The position numbers and the translations under genes were made by a program. Shown here one piece after another: positions 41,246-53,266 of a stretch of DNA of 64,000 bases. Origin of the DNA: Botryllus schlosseri (taxonomy: Eukaryota); the NCBI GenBank assembly GCA_051294905.1, contig CM119372.1, forward strand, positions 22,508,001-22,572,000, read 5' to 3'. Each line of letters opens with the position of its first letter. Within the stretch, counting starts at the first letter, position 1. The notes below the pieces were generated by a model. The model saw nothing but the letters and a program-made list of their open reading frames with translations. It searched no databases and was not told where the DNA came from.

Positions 41246-42499
41246 CAGGGGTCGGCAACCTTTTGTGTGCAGCGTGCCAAAATGTCAAACGAATATCAAA
41301 TTATTACCAACTTGCCTGCCAAACACTAAATTTATTCATATTTAACGTTTCTAGCAAGGAATCCCACCAACCGCTTTTCTGCAGCTGTTATCGGCATCCG
41401 TTACGCCAGTGATTCTTAAATTATTGGTTGCGAACGGAATAAATTTTGGTCGCTTCCGCACTGGACCTATCGCTTACGTGTAGACCCTACGTAATATTTA
41501 CATAATTTATTTTCAGTAGCGCAATGATCGATCTTCTGTGGTTGCTTTGGTCGTTTCCAAGTTCACTGTGTTCGGTCGGTACCATATCCAAGAGGTGACA
41601 GACCATGTATCAGTGTTGTCACGATGATATATGGTCTGATGATGATGAAAAATGTGCCCACCCCGGTATCATTCAAGTCGGTTTGGTGTTACATTAAGGT
41701 TGGTCTGACAGTAGATTTGTCTGCAAAGGTCGCGGTAAAGATTGTGGTTGCTCCAGGTATATTGGAATCGCGTGCACACCAGACGAAACTGAAAGAATAT
41801 GTCCTTCCAAGAGACGAACACGATTCCAAATTGACATTTCGACACGGGGCCCATTATTTTCCTTGGCGGGTCTCATTTGATACGTGCGGCTCAAGCTGCG
41901 GACGCGGTACTATTCTGCGGTCGTCACTGCGGCGTCTGGACAGTAGACATATCAATGTCGAGCGTTTTGGCCAGCATGCGGCGGTCATCTTATTTCAAGG
42001 TTTTATCGACACCAATCATTTTGGCAGTGCATATCACCTACATCGCACGGAGTCGTGTGCCCAGCGCCGACCTGTCGGTTGATGAAATAGTCGAGCTCCC
42101 GCAAGCTGCACAGTGAACCCTGCTAGACTAAAGCATCCAAACGGTTTCATACGATATTTGGTTGACGTTCTTTCATATGCTAATACGGTTGACTCGCTGT
42201 ACATTATGCATATTTTAAAAAGACATGTTCTGTATACATATATATTTCTTTCTTGGGAGTCCCCCAATATATTCCAGACATCAGGGCCCAATAAATCGCG
42301 CATAGCGCGGAACTTTTTTTAAAGATACATGAAATCTGCTCTAAAAGACTCTATTTTGTGTTGATTTTAAAAACTTATGTTTCACTTTTTTGCAAAAACA
42401 TGGTTATAATATGTCGTTTGCGTGAAATCCTTTGGCGTACCATGAAAAATCATCTTGGATGCCACAAATGGCACGCGTTCGGGGGGTTGCCAACCCCTG
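41246..42499 (+). mobile_element. Approx. 1.25-kb hAT non-autonomous family copy
   Basis: Ends CAGGGGTCGGCAACC / GGTTGCCAACCCCTG; degenerate TSD TGCTATAT/CACTATAT; reverse-complement homolog of 44304-45578. Confidence 0.85.
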
Positions 42500-43653
42500 C
42501 ACTATATGTATACTGACGTACGCCTAAAGTAAACCATGAACTCTATACATTAGAACATCTCGCAGAAAAATGCCTTGCAAACTTCCAAATGTTTTATTTC
42601 ATAAATTAATGGAATTGGACAAGCACTCGATATAGTGCATTTTTGGAACTGAGATATAAAAGTATAATATATATATGGCGCACCGGCAGAAATCTTGCCA
42701 CCGACTGGCGGTTGAGAACCACTGGTTTAGAGTATCGATTTGCATACACAAACAAGTCTTAGAAACATTCTCTGCCTATATTGGTAGAATAAACTATCAA
42801 TCTGGTTTGTTGAAATTATAATTCGTAACGTCTCATGACATACAGCCTAATATAACATTGATTCCGTCACACGCGCCGTGTATTGATGACATCAATGTTC
42901 TCTCTAAGCTTCGCACGTGCGCAAATGCGCAGTGCTAGCACGGTCTCTGCGCACAGAAAATCCAAGTTGCGTACAAAAAGTCCGAAGTGATGACCTTTTT
43001 TTAGTCGTTATGCACTGTTTTTCAAGAGTCTGCGCAGTGAGTTGGTGAGTGTGCGCAGACTCCTCAAAAATTAGAGGGAACATTGGATGACATATCAAGC
43101 TGATTTCATCCGACTGACTTGAGTGCAGTTTTAGTCGCCTTTTTCAATACAAGCCTTTCGTCACTCGTGGCATCTATAGCTATCGAGTTACTCTCCCTGA
43201 CCTCAGAAAATCGATTGCTGCCCTCGTCGAAAATGAATTCCATATTCCCAGACATAGTTGAATAACACGAAATTGATTTGCAGCGTACAACGTATTAGGA
43301 ATTCACTTATACATGAATTCGCAGAATAAAAATGTGCGTTTTTTACAGGCGCATCACAATGGAAAGCTTCAAATAGCAGTCGCGACCCACCATCTTATCA
43401 GTGGAACGACTTGTCGTACATAAGGAGGATGTATGCTTATGCTTATGCATCACTATTCATGGTGTTTGCAACTAGATCTTTTTTCTGGTTGGTTTTTACG
43501 TCGAACACCAGAATTAACGTAAGCTATATGGATATGCGTGAAGCTGAACACCTGAACGCTATACGATAAGTACAAAAATCTCATTACGTTGATTATAGTG
43601 TAGCACGTCACAATTTACTACGGAAAACGTATCGTTATTTTATTCAAGGGATA

Positions 43654-44073
43654 ATGTTAAACAAGACGATGCTCGGATCAATAGGGGTAATTTTACTATG
43701 GGTATCCACAATGGAATGCAGAAGTCTGACCAACGCTAACGACAATCCGCTGTCAAAAGTTTCGCAACAAAACGCACAACTATCACTGGGGTACGTGCCG
43801 AAGAAATCGTTTTATCACAACACCGAACGGGATCTCGTCAATAGGCAACATTTTTCATTTGGGTTCCGCCCTGGTGGCAAAAGGTCGTTGTATTTCGATA
43901 TTCCGAACAGCCTTTTGGATAGCGCTGAAGAAGTAGCAACCGACTGGCCAGTAGTGGACGACTTCGATAAAGATAAAAGACAACATTGGTCGTTCGGATT
44001 CCGACCAGGTGGCAAAAGATCCGCCCCGTCGGACGAAATGCTGCGAGAAATACTCTCGGTGAGTATTGGATAA
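43654..44073 (+). CDS. gnrh: Gonadotropin-releasing hormone prepro-peptide, tunicate-type multi-copy precursor, 139 aa
   Basis: Hydrophobic signal peptide; R-QHFSFGFRPG-GKR (43846-43884) and KR-QHWSFGFRPG-GKR (43981-44019) have an N-terminal Gln, a Pro-Gly end, an amide-donor Gly and a dibasic cleavage site; single coding exon with an acceptor-like ttcaag just upstream. Confidence 0.95.
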   Translation: MLNKTMLGSIGVILLWVSTMECRSLTNANDNPLSKVSQQNAQLSLGYVPKKSFYHNTERDLVNRQHFSFGFRPGGKRSLYFDIPNSLLDSAEEVATDWPVVDDFDKDKRQHWSFGFRPGGKRSAPSDEMLREILSVSIG

Positions 44074-44303
44074 CAGTCTTGAAACAAACCAAAATAATTG
44101 GGAGGGGACCCGTTACTGAAGGATTAATATTAATATTATCATTAAAAGTTTTCAGTGGCACTTATCCCCTGTTAAGGTCTTGTGTTCCACAGACGCAAAC
44201 AAATTCATGAAAATGGAACCCAGATGAATCTACTACTGGATAGAACAATTTAGCAACAACGGGCGATAGGGTGGGGTTAGATAGCACATCAAATAGAGTA
44301 AAT

Positions 44304-45578
44304 CAGGGATCGGCAAACCCCGGCACGCGTGCCATTTGTGGCACGTGAGATGATTTTTCATGGCACGCCAAATGATTTCACGCAAACAGCATATTATAAC
44401 CATGTTTTAACAAAAAAGTAAAACAGAAGGTTTTTAAAATGTGCAGGGTTCGTAGGTGACCCAAAAATACTTCGTAAATCAACATCAAATAGAGTCTTTC
44501 GGGGCAGATTTTAATTATCTTGAAATTTTTTTCCGCGCTTCGCGCGATTTATAGGGACCTGATTTCAAGTTTATAGTGTGGGTACCCCCACAAATATGCA
44601 TAATGTGCAGACATCAGTCCAACCGTATTAGCAATCATGAAAGAATGGCAACTTAACAATCTTAACACCGTATCATACCGTTTGGACGCTTTAGTCGATG
44701 AGTGTGCACTGTGCACTGTGCAACCTGCGGGAGCGCGACTATTATATGAACCGGCATTTCAGCGCTGGACATTTTCACTCTATAGAGGACACGACATCGA
44801 CGTTGCGTTACGGGCAACATGCGACCACGCGACTCCGCGCAGTGTGTGAGCTGCTAAATGATTGGCGGCAATAAAACCTTGAAAAATAAATAACCGCCGC
44901 ATGTTGGCTAAAACGTTCGACATTGACGTGTCCACCGTCCGAATGACCAGCGTCGAATAGTCCAGCACCTTGCGTATCAAATGAGACCCACCGATGAAGA
45001 AAGTGTCTTCACTGTCTAAATGTGGATTTCTAATCGTGCTCATCTCACGAAAGTAGCTTTTATTTTAGTGTTATCTGATACGTGTAAGCGATTCCAATAT
45101 ATCGGGAGCAACGACAACCTTCACCGATTTACCGCGACATCTGGATCTTAGCAGACAAATCTAGTGCCAGAGGGCAACCTCAATGTAACATCAAACCAAC
45201 TTGTGTGATACACTGATACAGGGGCGGGCTCATTTTTCATCATCAGGACATATCATCGTAACAACATTGATGGGCATGTCACTGATTGGATATGGTAGCG
45301 AACGCAGTTGACTTGGAAACGACCAAAGCAACCGCAGAATAATTGCGCGACGAAAAATAAATGATGCAAATATAGTACAGCGATATGTCTAGTGAGGTAG
45401 CGACCAATAATTTAAAAATCACAGTCATAACCGAGGCTGCTGCCAGGTGCAGATAACCGGTTGGTGGATTCCTTTCTTGAAACGCTAAGTATGACAAAAA
45501 ATGTTTGGCACGCCAGTTAGCAATAATTTCTCATTTTTGACATTTTGTCACGCTGCATACAAAGGTTGCCGGCCCCTA
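44304..45578 (-). mobile_element. Approx. 1.25-kb hAT non-autonomous family copy (inverted relative to 41246)
   Basis: Ends CAGGGATCGGCAAA / GGTTGCCGGCCCCTA; TSD GAGTAAAT/GAGTAAAA. Confidence 0.85.
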
Positions 45579-46021
45579 GAGTAAAATGAAGCATGAAGGT
45601 TGAGCCTAGTATACACTCGTCGCGCAGAAATCTGCGATGAAATTGATATTCCGGACATACAATAATGAAATGGTACACCGTTTCGAGTACATCACAAAGG
45701 GGGGAGAGAACCGACTGAAGGATATCGAAGATGAGAATAGCGAATGCCACAATAAGGTCATTAAATGTTCGAGTTCGTGTGAGTTCCAGCATTTACAAAA
45801 ACCTCGTAATGATTGAGAAAGTGAAATTGTGTCGTCATATTGCCAATTCCAAATACCAATTATCCGATCGCGGGCAGAACGTATAATGACGACGCAATTG
45901 CTTGTCACTTTTCGAATATGACAACATCAGTACTTCACGAAATCAATTTCCGAATTCTAGGAGGAAAGTCTTCTGCCCTTCCCGCTGATTATATGCATTA
46001 CCGAAGTATAGTGCGTCTCAT

Positions 46022-47232
46022 CATAGTGTCCTATATGGTGTGGACACAAGCAAATCTCACGGCTCAGTGAAATTTGTATACGTCACATTTTCCATTTGAC
46101 TAAAGGCAATTTGACGGTAATTTTTGACCGGCTTGCCGAGCATCAAATTTGATGAAACGGGTATCAATCGAAAGCTGCCGCTGTACTGATTAGGAAAATA
46201 TAAATTTTATTTCGCTCATGGTCCTGGAACCCCCACAATCAGTCTCGAATTTTTCATTGTTATGGTGAGAGTCATAGTAAAGCAACAATGCTGTCTGACG
46301 AAACGAGAGCGTAGCGTAGCTGAGGAGCAAATGAGTGGCTGCGCGGCGAGAGTGAGTGCTCAGCTGGCGTCGCGGCAATGATACAGTAGGCTGTACTTCT
46401 GACGCACTGACGCAGAAGGTCTCCGACATTCAGAGAAATCCAAATGGTGATTGAAAAATGATAAACCAAATTCCAACGTCGCCGTTTAGTTTAATCTTTT
46501 CCATATTCCTGACAAGGGCTATATTGGTCTAGGCTTGGTAATAGAGCATTCCTGTGAAAAACAAAGGTATAAGAATTTGGTGGTAACTTTTTGGAATCAT
46601 TTGACTTGTCCGGCCCGCAAGCTATCTAATAAAGGATTGAATCCGGACCGCGACCCCAGTTTAGTTCGACACCCCTGCTGTAAACCTTCAATCAACATTT
46701 TACCTACTGCATTCGAGGACCAAGTACTACCCTTACAGGTCAAGGAAAGGCTGGTAATGTGTGCTCACTGCTCACACATAATTTGTGTGCTCGCTTCTAC
46801 CGAAGCGACTATAGAAAGTATTAACAGCGCAATGATTCTCAGCGACGCGATTGCACTTCGAAACACAAGCTCGATCATTGCCCATTGCCGCGACGCCAGC
46901 TGAGCGGTCACTCTCGCCGCGCAACCACTCATTTTCTCTTCAGCTACGCTATCGTTTGGCCAGACAGCATTGTTGCGTCACTATGCCACTCTTCATAACA
47001 ATAAAAAATTCGAGGCTGGTTGTGGGGGTTCCACGGCCATCAACGAAATAAAATTTATATTTTCGTAATCAGTACAGCGGTAGCTTTCGATTGCTACCCG
47101 TTTTATCAAATTTGATGCTCGACAAGCCGGTTAAAAATGACCGTCAAATTGCCTCTAGCCAAGGGGAAAATGTGACGTAAACCTATTTCACTGAACCGTG
47201 AGATTTCCTTCTGTCCACACCATATAGGACAG
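46022..47232. mobile_element. Long-TIR non-autonomous element, P-superfamily-like
   Basis: Inverted arms of about 350 bp (46022-46380 vs 46883-47232); left terminus CATAGTGTCCTATA; flanks GTCTCAT/GTCTCAC consistent with a 7-bp TSD; another arm copy at about 61340-61560. Confidence 0.75.
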
Positions 47233-47768
47233 GTCTCACCAGGTAAATTGAAATTGTAGTCTACGACTAGTTTGATCAATAGGATATTCGAACATATAGT
47301 ATTGTAGAGCTTCTTGGAGGTACAAAACTTCAGTATACAATTGAATAGTATATTCATATTGAAATGATGGCTGACTCTCGTCAGGGGTAATCGTCAACAA
47401 CTAGTAGAGAATAAGAAGGAACATTGTATATCAACAATCGTATCACAAAATATGATGTCACCAGCATGAAACTTCGAATGAGAGAGCGTTCAGTGCACTA
47501 TTCCTAGGTGGTACACGAACTCCTTCTGTTGTCAGAGTTATCTGATATCAGAACACGTGCATCACGCTCGGTGTAAAGCTCACCCTTAACTCATCCACTC
47601 AAGCTTGATGCTGACCGATCGAAGGCCATTAATTCTGCAATCGGCAAACATCTGTTGGATAATCCTATTTGTGCGAATAATTATCGAGACGACTAATTTT
47701 GGGTTATTGGGAGGGGTCGTTCACACTGCCACTTGTGTGCCTCGGAGTCGACTTTTATCAAAATACAC

Positions 47769-48252
47769 CAGGGCTGGCCAACCTTTTCGACCAAAGGGCC
47801 ACATTTGATTGGCGAACTGCTGCGAGGGCCACTAGCCGCGCCAAGCGCGAAAATTTTTTGAAGTTCACTGGTCAATAATATTGTCACCTGACTATATTGC
47901 GGGCCTGCTGTATATCGCTGGGCTCAGTTTGCAAGGACTGGGCTATCGGCGTCTGGACATATCGATATCGAAAGTTTCGACCAACATGCGTCAATCATTT
48001 TGTGCCTATAGGTTTGATAGTCGACGGTCTTTCTGCGAGTGCAAACGCACAGTCGCAGATGTTGAACGACACTCTGTCTCGTAATCTCGAATATAGTTAG
48101 ATTCAATTTGATACATTAGGCGTCCTCACAGGTTCACAATATGTGAAATCCATTTTTGATAACATTAGAAATTTCGGAAATTACCTCGCGGGCCACTCAA
48201 AACCTTCTCGCGGGCCACATGTGGCCCGCGGGCCACGGGTTGGCCGGCCCTG
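47769..48252. mobile_element. hAT MITE inserted in the Penelope ORF remnant
   Basis: TIR CAGGGCTGGCCAACC / GGTTGGCCGGCCCTG; perfect TSD AAATACAC; related to 52642-53266. Confidence 0.9.
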
Positions 48253-48424
48253 AAATACACCAACCGAAACTCTGTCAACAGAAGGAGTTCGTGTACCACC
48301 TAGGAATAGTGCACTGAACGCTCTCTCATTCGAAGTTTCATGCTGGTGACGTCATATTTTGTGATACGATTGTTGATATACAATGTTCCTTCTTATTCTC
48401 TACTTCTACTAGTTGCTGACGATT

Positions 48425-48458
48425 ACCCCTGACGAGTGTCAGCCGAAAATATTCGGGT
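48425..48458 (+). ncRNA. Minimal type I hammerhead ribozyme motif
   Basis: ACCC-CTGACGA-G-TGTCAGC-C-GAAA-ATAT-TC-GGGT: stem I ACCC/GGGT, both conserved core boxes, 1-bp stem II, palindromic stem III (AATATT); lies in a Penelope pseudo-LTR, where such motifs are known to occur. Confidence 0.75.
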
Positions 48459-48725
48459 TCATTTCAATATGAATATACTATTCAATTATATAGTATTGTG
48501 CAACCGATGCCCCCGATCCTGATAAGTTTACCACGATAGTCCAAGTACAGAATGCTTCAAATCAAATGAGTTGTCGATATGTTTTCGCCCAAATTTGTGT
48601 GACATAGGCTACGCAAATCAGATGTATAGGCCTCACTATACAAAAGTTTTGCCGGACAATCCGCCCTTATGCAGTTAAGTTTAGGATGATTGTAAAGTGG
48701 TGATATGCGGCAATACTATGATCAC

Positions 48726-49551
48726 CAGGGCTATTTTTTTGACATGTCAAAATAGGTCAAGATTTTGTCAAAATCGTAGCGTTAGGTCAACAATTATCAA
48801 AACTGTTTTCAAAGTCTAAATGGTTTTGCTACCTGCATTTCGTTTGTATCGTAGATGTTTGCACTGTCGGTGAATTTTTCATTTGACATTTTACAGCTTG
48901 TATAGCCTACTTTATACGCCTAACCGTTGTAGATGGCCCACTATCTGCTCATTGTAAATCATAAACGGCCAAATGAAGCAAATAGGTTGACAACCGCAAT
49001 GAAGCAAGACTTCGAGGGCATTGGTTCTTATATCAAGAAGCGCAAGATGAAAAATTGTGATGTATAGAGTATAGATAACACTGTCAGAATGAAGCAGCAC
49101 GGTGTGTCACCAGCCAACAACTGCTGCTGTTGAACGTTCTCTCTCCATTCTTAGCAAACTGCTTAGTAAGGACAGACACTTTCTATCCTAGAATGTAGGA
49201 AAGTATCTTTCGTTGTACTACAACAAATATTAAATATTTCTGCCATAATGCATGATGTAACTAGTGGAATTCTTCATGGGTCCAGATTTCGCTAAAATAT
49301 AGTTTTTTTTTCATGGAAAAGTTTGCCAGTTTTAAGTCAAAAATGTTTTTTCAGCCCAAGCTACGTCATAAGGACAGACAGTTCCAACCAGAAATGAAGA
49401 TAAGTAGTAGGCCTACAATTCTAACATTATGTGGGAAAACACCTAATTTACATACATTAGGTCAAAATTGAGTTTATTAATGTCAAAAAATGTCAAAATG
49501 TTGATTTTTGAGGTAAGAATTTTCCATTTTTTAGGTCAAATATTCGCCCTA
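48726..49551 (+). mobile_element. Deleted hAT element with transposase C-terminal remnant
   Basis: Ends CAGGGCTA / TTCGCCCTA; perfect TSD ATGATCAC; GGTCAA subterminal repeats; PTTAAVERSLSILSKLLSKDRHFLS*NVGKYLSLYYNKY* at about 49114-49233. A related end fragment lies at about 10135-10248. Confidence 0.85.
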
Positions 49552-51214
49552 ATGATCACTAGTCAATATATTTAGAAACGGTGACATAACAAGCAGCCTC
49601 TCTAATGAACCCATGACCTGTCTGACCTGTCTTTGATTAGGGTACACGGATACGTACGAGTGGTCGAGTCCGAATTGAGTATTGATTGAAGTGATGCGAA
49701 TCGAGAAGAAACCGTTCAATTTAATTTAATGTTTCATAAAAAATGTAATTACAATACAAGTAGTAGATACTGGCACAACAATGCTGTAAAGCGATTTCAT
49801 TGAAACGTCACTATATGATTGCGGACGTTCATAGTTTATTAGTGCCAATATATACCGTCATTTGCCATGTAAAATGAGCAAGATTTTACCGATTTTTTGT
49901 CCTAAAATCGGCGGGTACGCATCATACATGGGTACATCAAGTCTTGAAAAAAATCTCCATCGAAACCAAAATTGAAATCATACCTTTATTCGTGTTTGTT
50001 TTCAGTCGCGCAATACATTCAGCCAGCCCATCGTGCCCTGTAATTCGTATTATCAGTGTTGCGCGGTGCCAATTACCGAGAAGCGCGTTATTAATTAGCG
50101 AGAGTCATCTGCGCTGCGCAACTGAACGCGATCTCCTGCTAAGTTGGTTTGCCATTTGTACGCGAGCGAAATTAGGTCATTGATTGCATTACCAATTGGC
50201 TTGGCAAACATTTCTAATTATGTCATATTTAGCGTTGCAAGCAAGGAATTCCACCAACTGCCTTTCTGCAGCTGACAACCGCGTCGGTTACGCCTGTGAT
50301 TTTTGCAGTATTGGTCGCGAAGGATATACAACAGGGGAGGGCAACTTCTCCAGTCGGCGGGCCGGATATAGGAAAATAAAGTACTTGGCGGGCCGGATTG
50401 CTGAATCGATACATTATTCGCCCATTCATCCACATATACAAGGAATAAATCGTATTTAATGAATGTATTTCAACGACAGCAATGTCACTTCAAAGCCATT
50501 TCTTGCCGATAATGACGAAGACAATGTGAATTTGAGAATAACATTGTCATACAGGCGCCGCCATGTCTGCTTCTCTCTGATCAACCAACGCACGGTGCAG
50601 TCCCTAATTAAGATTTCAAGGCGTTCGATAAGCCCGGTAACCATAATTAACCAAGATATCAATCCATAAGGGTTGAGTAGGTGACGAGATAGCGTCGTTG
50701 TTCAGCTGTGTGGCTTAATTAATCTCGATATTGAATTCATGCGGCCCGCACCCTTTACGAAATTTGAAAAGTGGCCTGCGACCGTTTTGAGTTGGCGACC
50801 ACTGGCATAAGCGGTGCCTTACAAAAGCCTAGAAGTGTGTCATGCTACAAGTCGGTGGTTGGAATTAAAAATAAGAAATATCAGCCTGATGTAAATGACC
50901 ATTGTAGTCGACTAAAATCATGATTACCACAGACGACATTAGGGTTGAGTGCATCGTAAATGCCGATAATGCAAGTCTTCTCGCTTCGACGAACTAATGC
51001 GTAAGCTCCTTTCTCGCAACGCGGTGTATTGCGCATAATAACATTCAGTCACTAAAATTTGACGTAGTAAGCAAGTAGTGGGGAATCTCAACAGACTGGG
51101 CCGCGGGCCACATTATCATGTAAGACGGAAATCTGTCCGCGGGCCGGACAAATTCTCTTTGCGGGCCGGATCCGGCCCGCGGGCCGTATGTTGCCCGCCC
51201 CTGATATACAATAT

Positions 51215-51750
51215 ACATTTTGGTCGCTACCGCACTAGACATATCGCCTAATGTACATATTTGCATCATTTAATTTTAGTCGCGTAATGTTCGATCTTCT
51301 GTGATTGATTTGGTCGTTTCCAAATCAACTGTGTTCGGTGCCATAACTAATATGTAACAGTCCCATCAATTATGCTACTATGATATGGGCTGATGATGTA
51401 AAAATGTGCCCATCGCTGTATCACGCAAGTCGGTTTGATGTCACATTAGGGTTGGTCGGACACTAGATTTGCCTGCAAAGCTCCAAAGATCGCGGTAAAG
51501 CGATAAGGTTGTCTTTGATCCAGCACACGATTCCAAATTAGCAGTTCGACACGGGATTCATTTGATACGCGCAGCTCAAGCTGCGGGCGCTGGACTATTC
51601 GGCGGTGATTTCGGCGCCGGTGATTTCGGCGCCGGTGATTTCGGCGCCTGGACAGTGGACATATCAATGTCGAACCTTCTTGACCTACATGCAGCGGTTA
51701 TTTTATTTAAAGATTTTATGGCCACCAACCATTTTGGCAGCGCAGACAGC
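51215..51750 (+). repeat. Partial copy of the 1.25-kb hAT family containing a 15-bp tandem triplication
   Basis: Colinear with 41445-42030; GGTGATTTCGGCGCC x3 at about 51604-51648. Confidence 0.7.
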
Positions 51751-52641
51751 GCGCCGAGTCGAGGTTTACCATGTCCTCCATTTTCAGGAAATCGAAAATG
51801 TTCCCTACGCCTAAATGTCCGCAATTTTGTAAATTCGTCCTCCTTTACAGCTGTGGCAGCTAGGCTAGTGGATAGCGTCAACTGAAAATCGCCATAAATG
51901 ACGCGAAATGCGCCATGCGGACGTTTGAGCGCGTCATTCAGGAGTCGAGTCGGACTGCTGACTTTTTTTTTATTTTTTCCTAGTCAACGCCAGAGAAGCA
52001 TCGTTAAAAAGTGGGTATTTCGGGAGTTGAATCAAAGTGATGATGACCTCTTTTTTAGTCAACACCAGAGCTGTGTCGGTAAAAAGTGGGTTGTTGACCT
52101 TTTTGATAGTCAACACAACAAGATCAGCAGTTTTCAATTTCGGTAAACCAACTTTTATGATTTGATGCAACTGCCCTCCTTTTCCGATTCCAAAATATGC
52201 TACCCTATCGGTATATATTATATAGAGTCAAGTAATAAAATGAAATGGCGTAGGCTTATACGGGTCAGGAACCCAAGTTCGAGCATGATTGGATAATCGC
52301 TGACCACGCTGTAAATCTAATTAGTAAAATATTTGTAATGCGTGCGTTCCCGCCTAATTGCAGGAGATGCATGAATGACACCGACGGCTACAGACGCAGC
52401 TGCACCGACCGACTTGAATGAATAAGAATTCTTCCTATATTTATATAATACAACGCATCAGAAAATGTTCACGAGTTTTGTACATCATATAGATGCCGAG
52501 GGATTCAGGGAGATGAAGAATGAAAAATACTATTTTTCGCCGTCGGGAGGAATCCTATCTCCTATGCTTTCATTATATCGCAGTCGTGTGATGTATTGAT
52601 TTGATATATAAAAAATAAAAAAAATGATGATGATCTTAGAG

Positions 52642-53266
52642 CAGGGGTGACCAACCTTTTTCGGCTAAAGTGCCACATGCAATTGACAAGTCACGGCATG
52701 GGCCACTTGCCGCGCGATGCGCGATAATTTCTCAAACTTCGTAAATGAACTGGGTCAATAATATTATTACACTTGAGTACATTGCGGGTCTACTGTATAC
52801 CGCCCGCTGGGCTCAGTTTGCAGGACAGGACTATTCGGCACCTGGACATGTCGATATCGAAGGTTTCCGCTAACATGCTTCAATCATTTTGTGCCTAGGT
52901 TGCATCGTCGATGATTTTTGTGCGAGCGCAAATCCAAAAAGCTTTCTCTCCAAATTGCGAATATAGTTGGACTAAATCGTATACATTTAGGCGTTTTTCA
53001 TCTTCAGGAGGGGCACAAATATTGAAAGCAATAAATCGAGGGATAATTAAATTTTTCTATTTCACTTTATTGTAATGACTGGACCCTGGAGCTGATAATG
53101 TGTCGGATTCTGATATTTTTGTGTCGCGGCCGTCAATTATGAAATTTTTGGTTGGCCTTGCAAGTTCACAAAACGAGCAATTCATTTTCTATAATATATC
53201 TAATTTCGAAAATTACCTCGTGTACCACTCGAAACATTATCGGGGGCCACGGGTTGGCCGCCCATG
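52642..53266. mobile_element. hAT MITE related to 47769-48252
   Basis: Ends CAGGGGTGACCAACC / GGTTGGCCGCCCATG; shared internal sequence; degenerate TSD TCTTAGAG/CCTTAGAA. Confidence 0.75.

Larger units (their letters stand above)
47306..48487 (+). mobile_element. 5'-truncated Penelope-like retroelement with inverted pseudo-LTR
   Basis: GIY-YIG C-terminal remnant ISEHV...SAIGKHLLDNPICANNY...ESTFIKIH|QPKLCQQKEFVYHL, split by the 47769 MITE; 47334-47539 is an inverted copy of 48268-48487; 12-bp direct repeat ATATAGTATTGT at 47294-47305 and 48488-48499. Confidence 0.85.

Noticed and set aside
41624..42116. 152-aa and overlapping ORFs
   Set aside because: They lie within a non-autonomous hAT copy and the frames are not preserved in the other copies.
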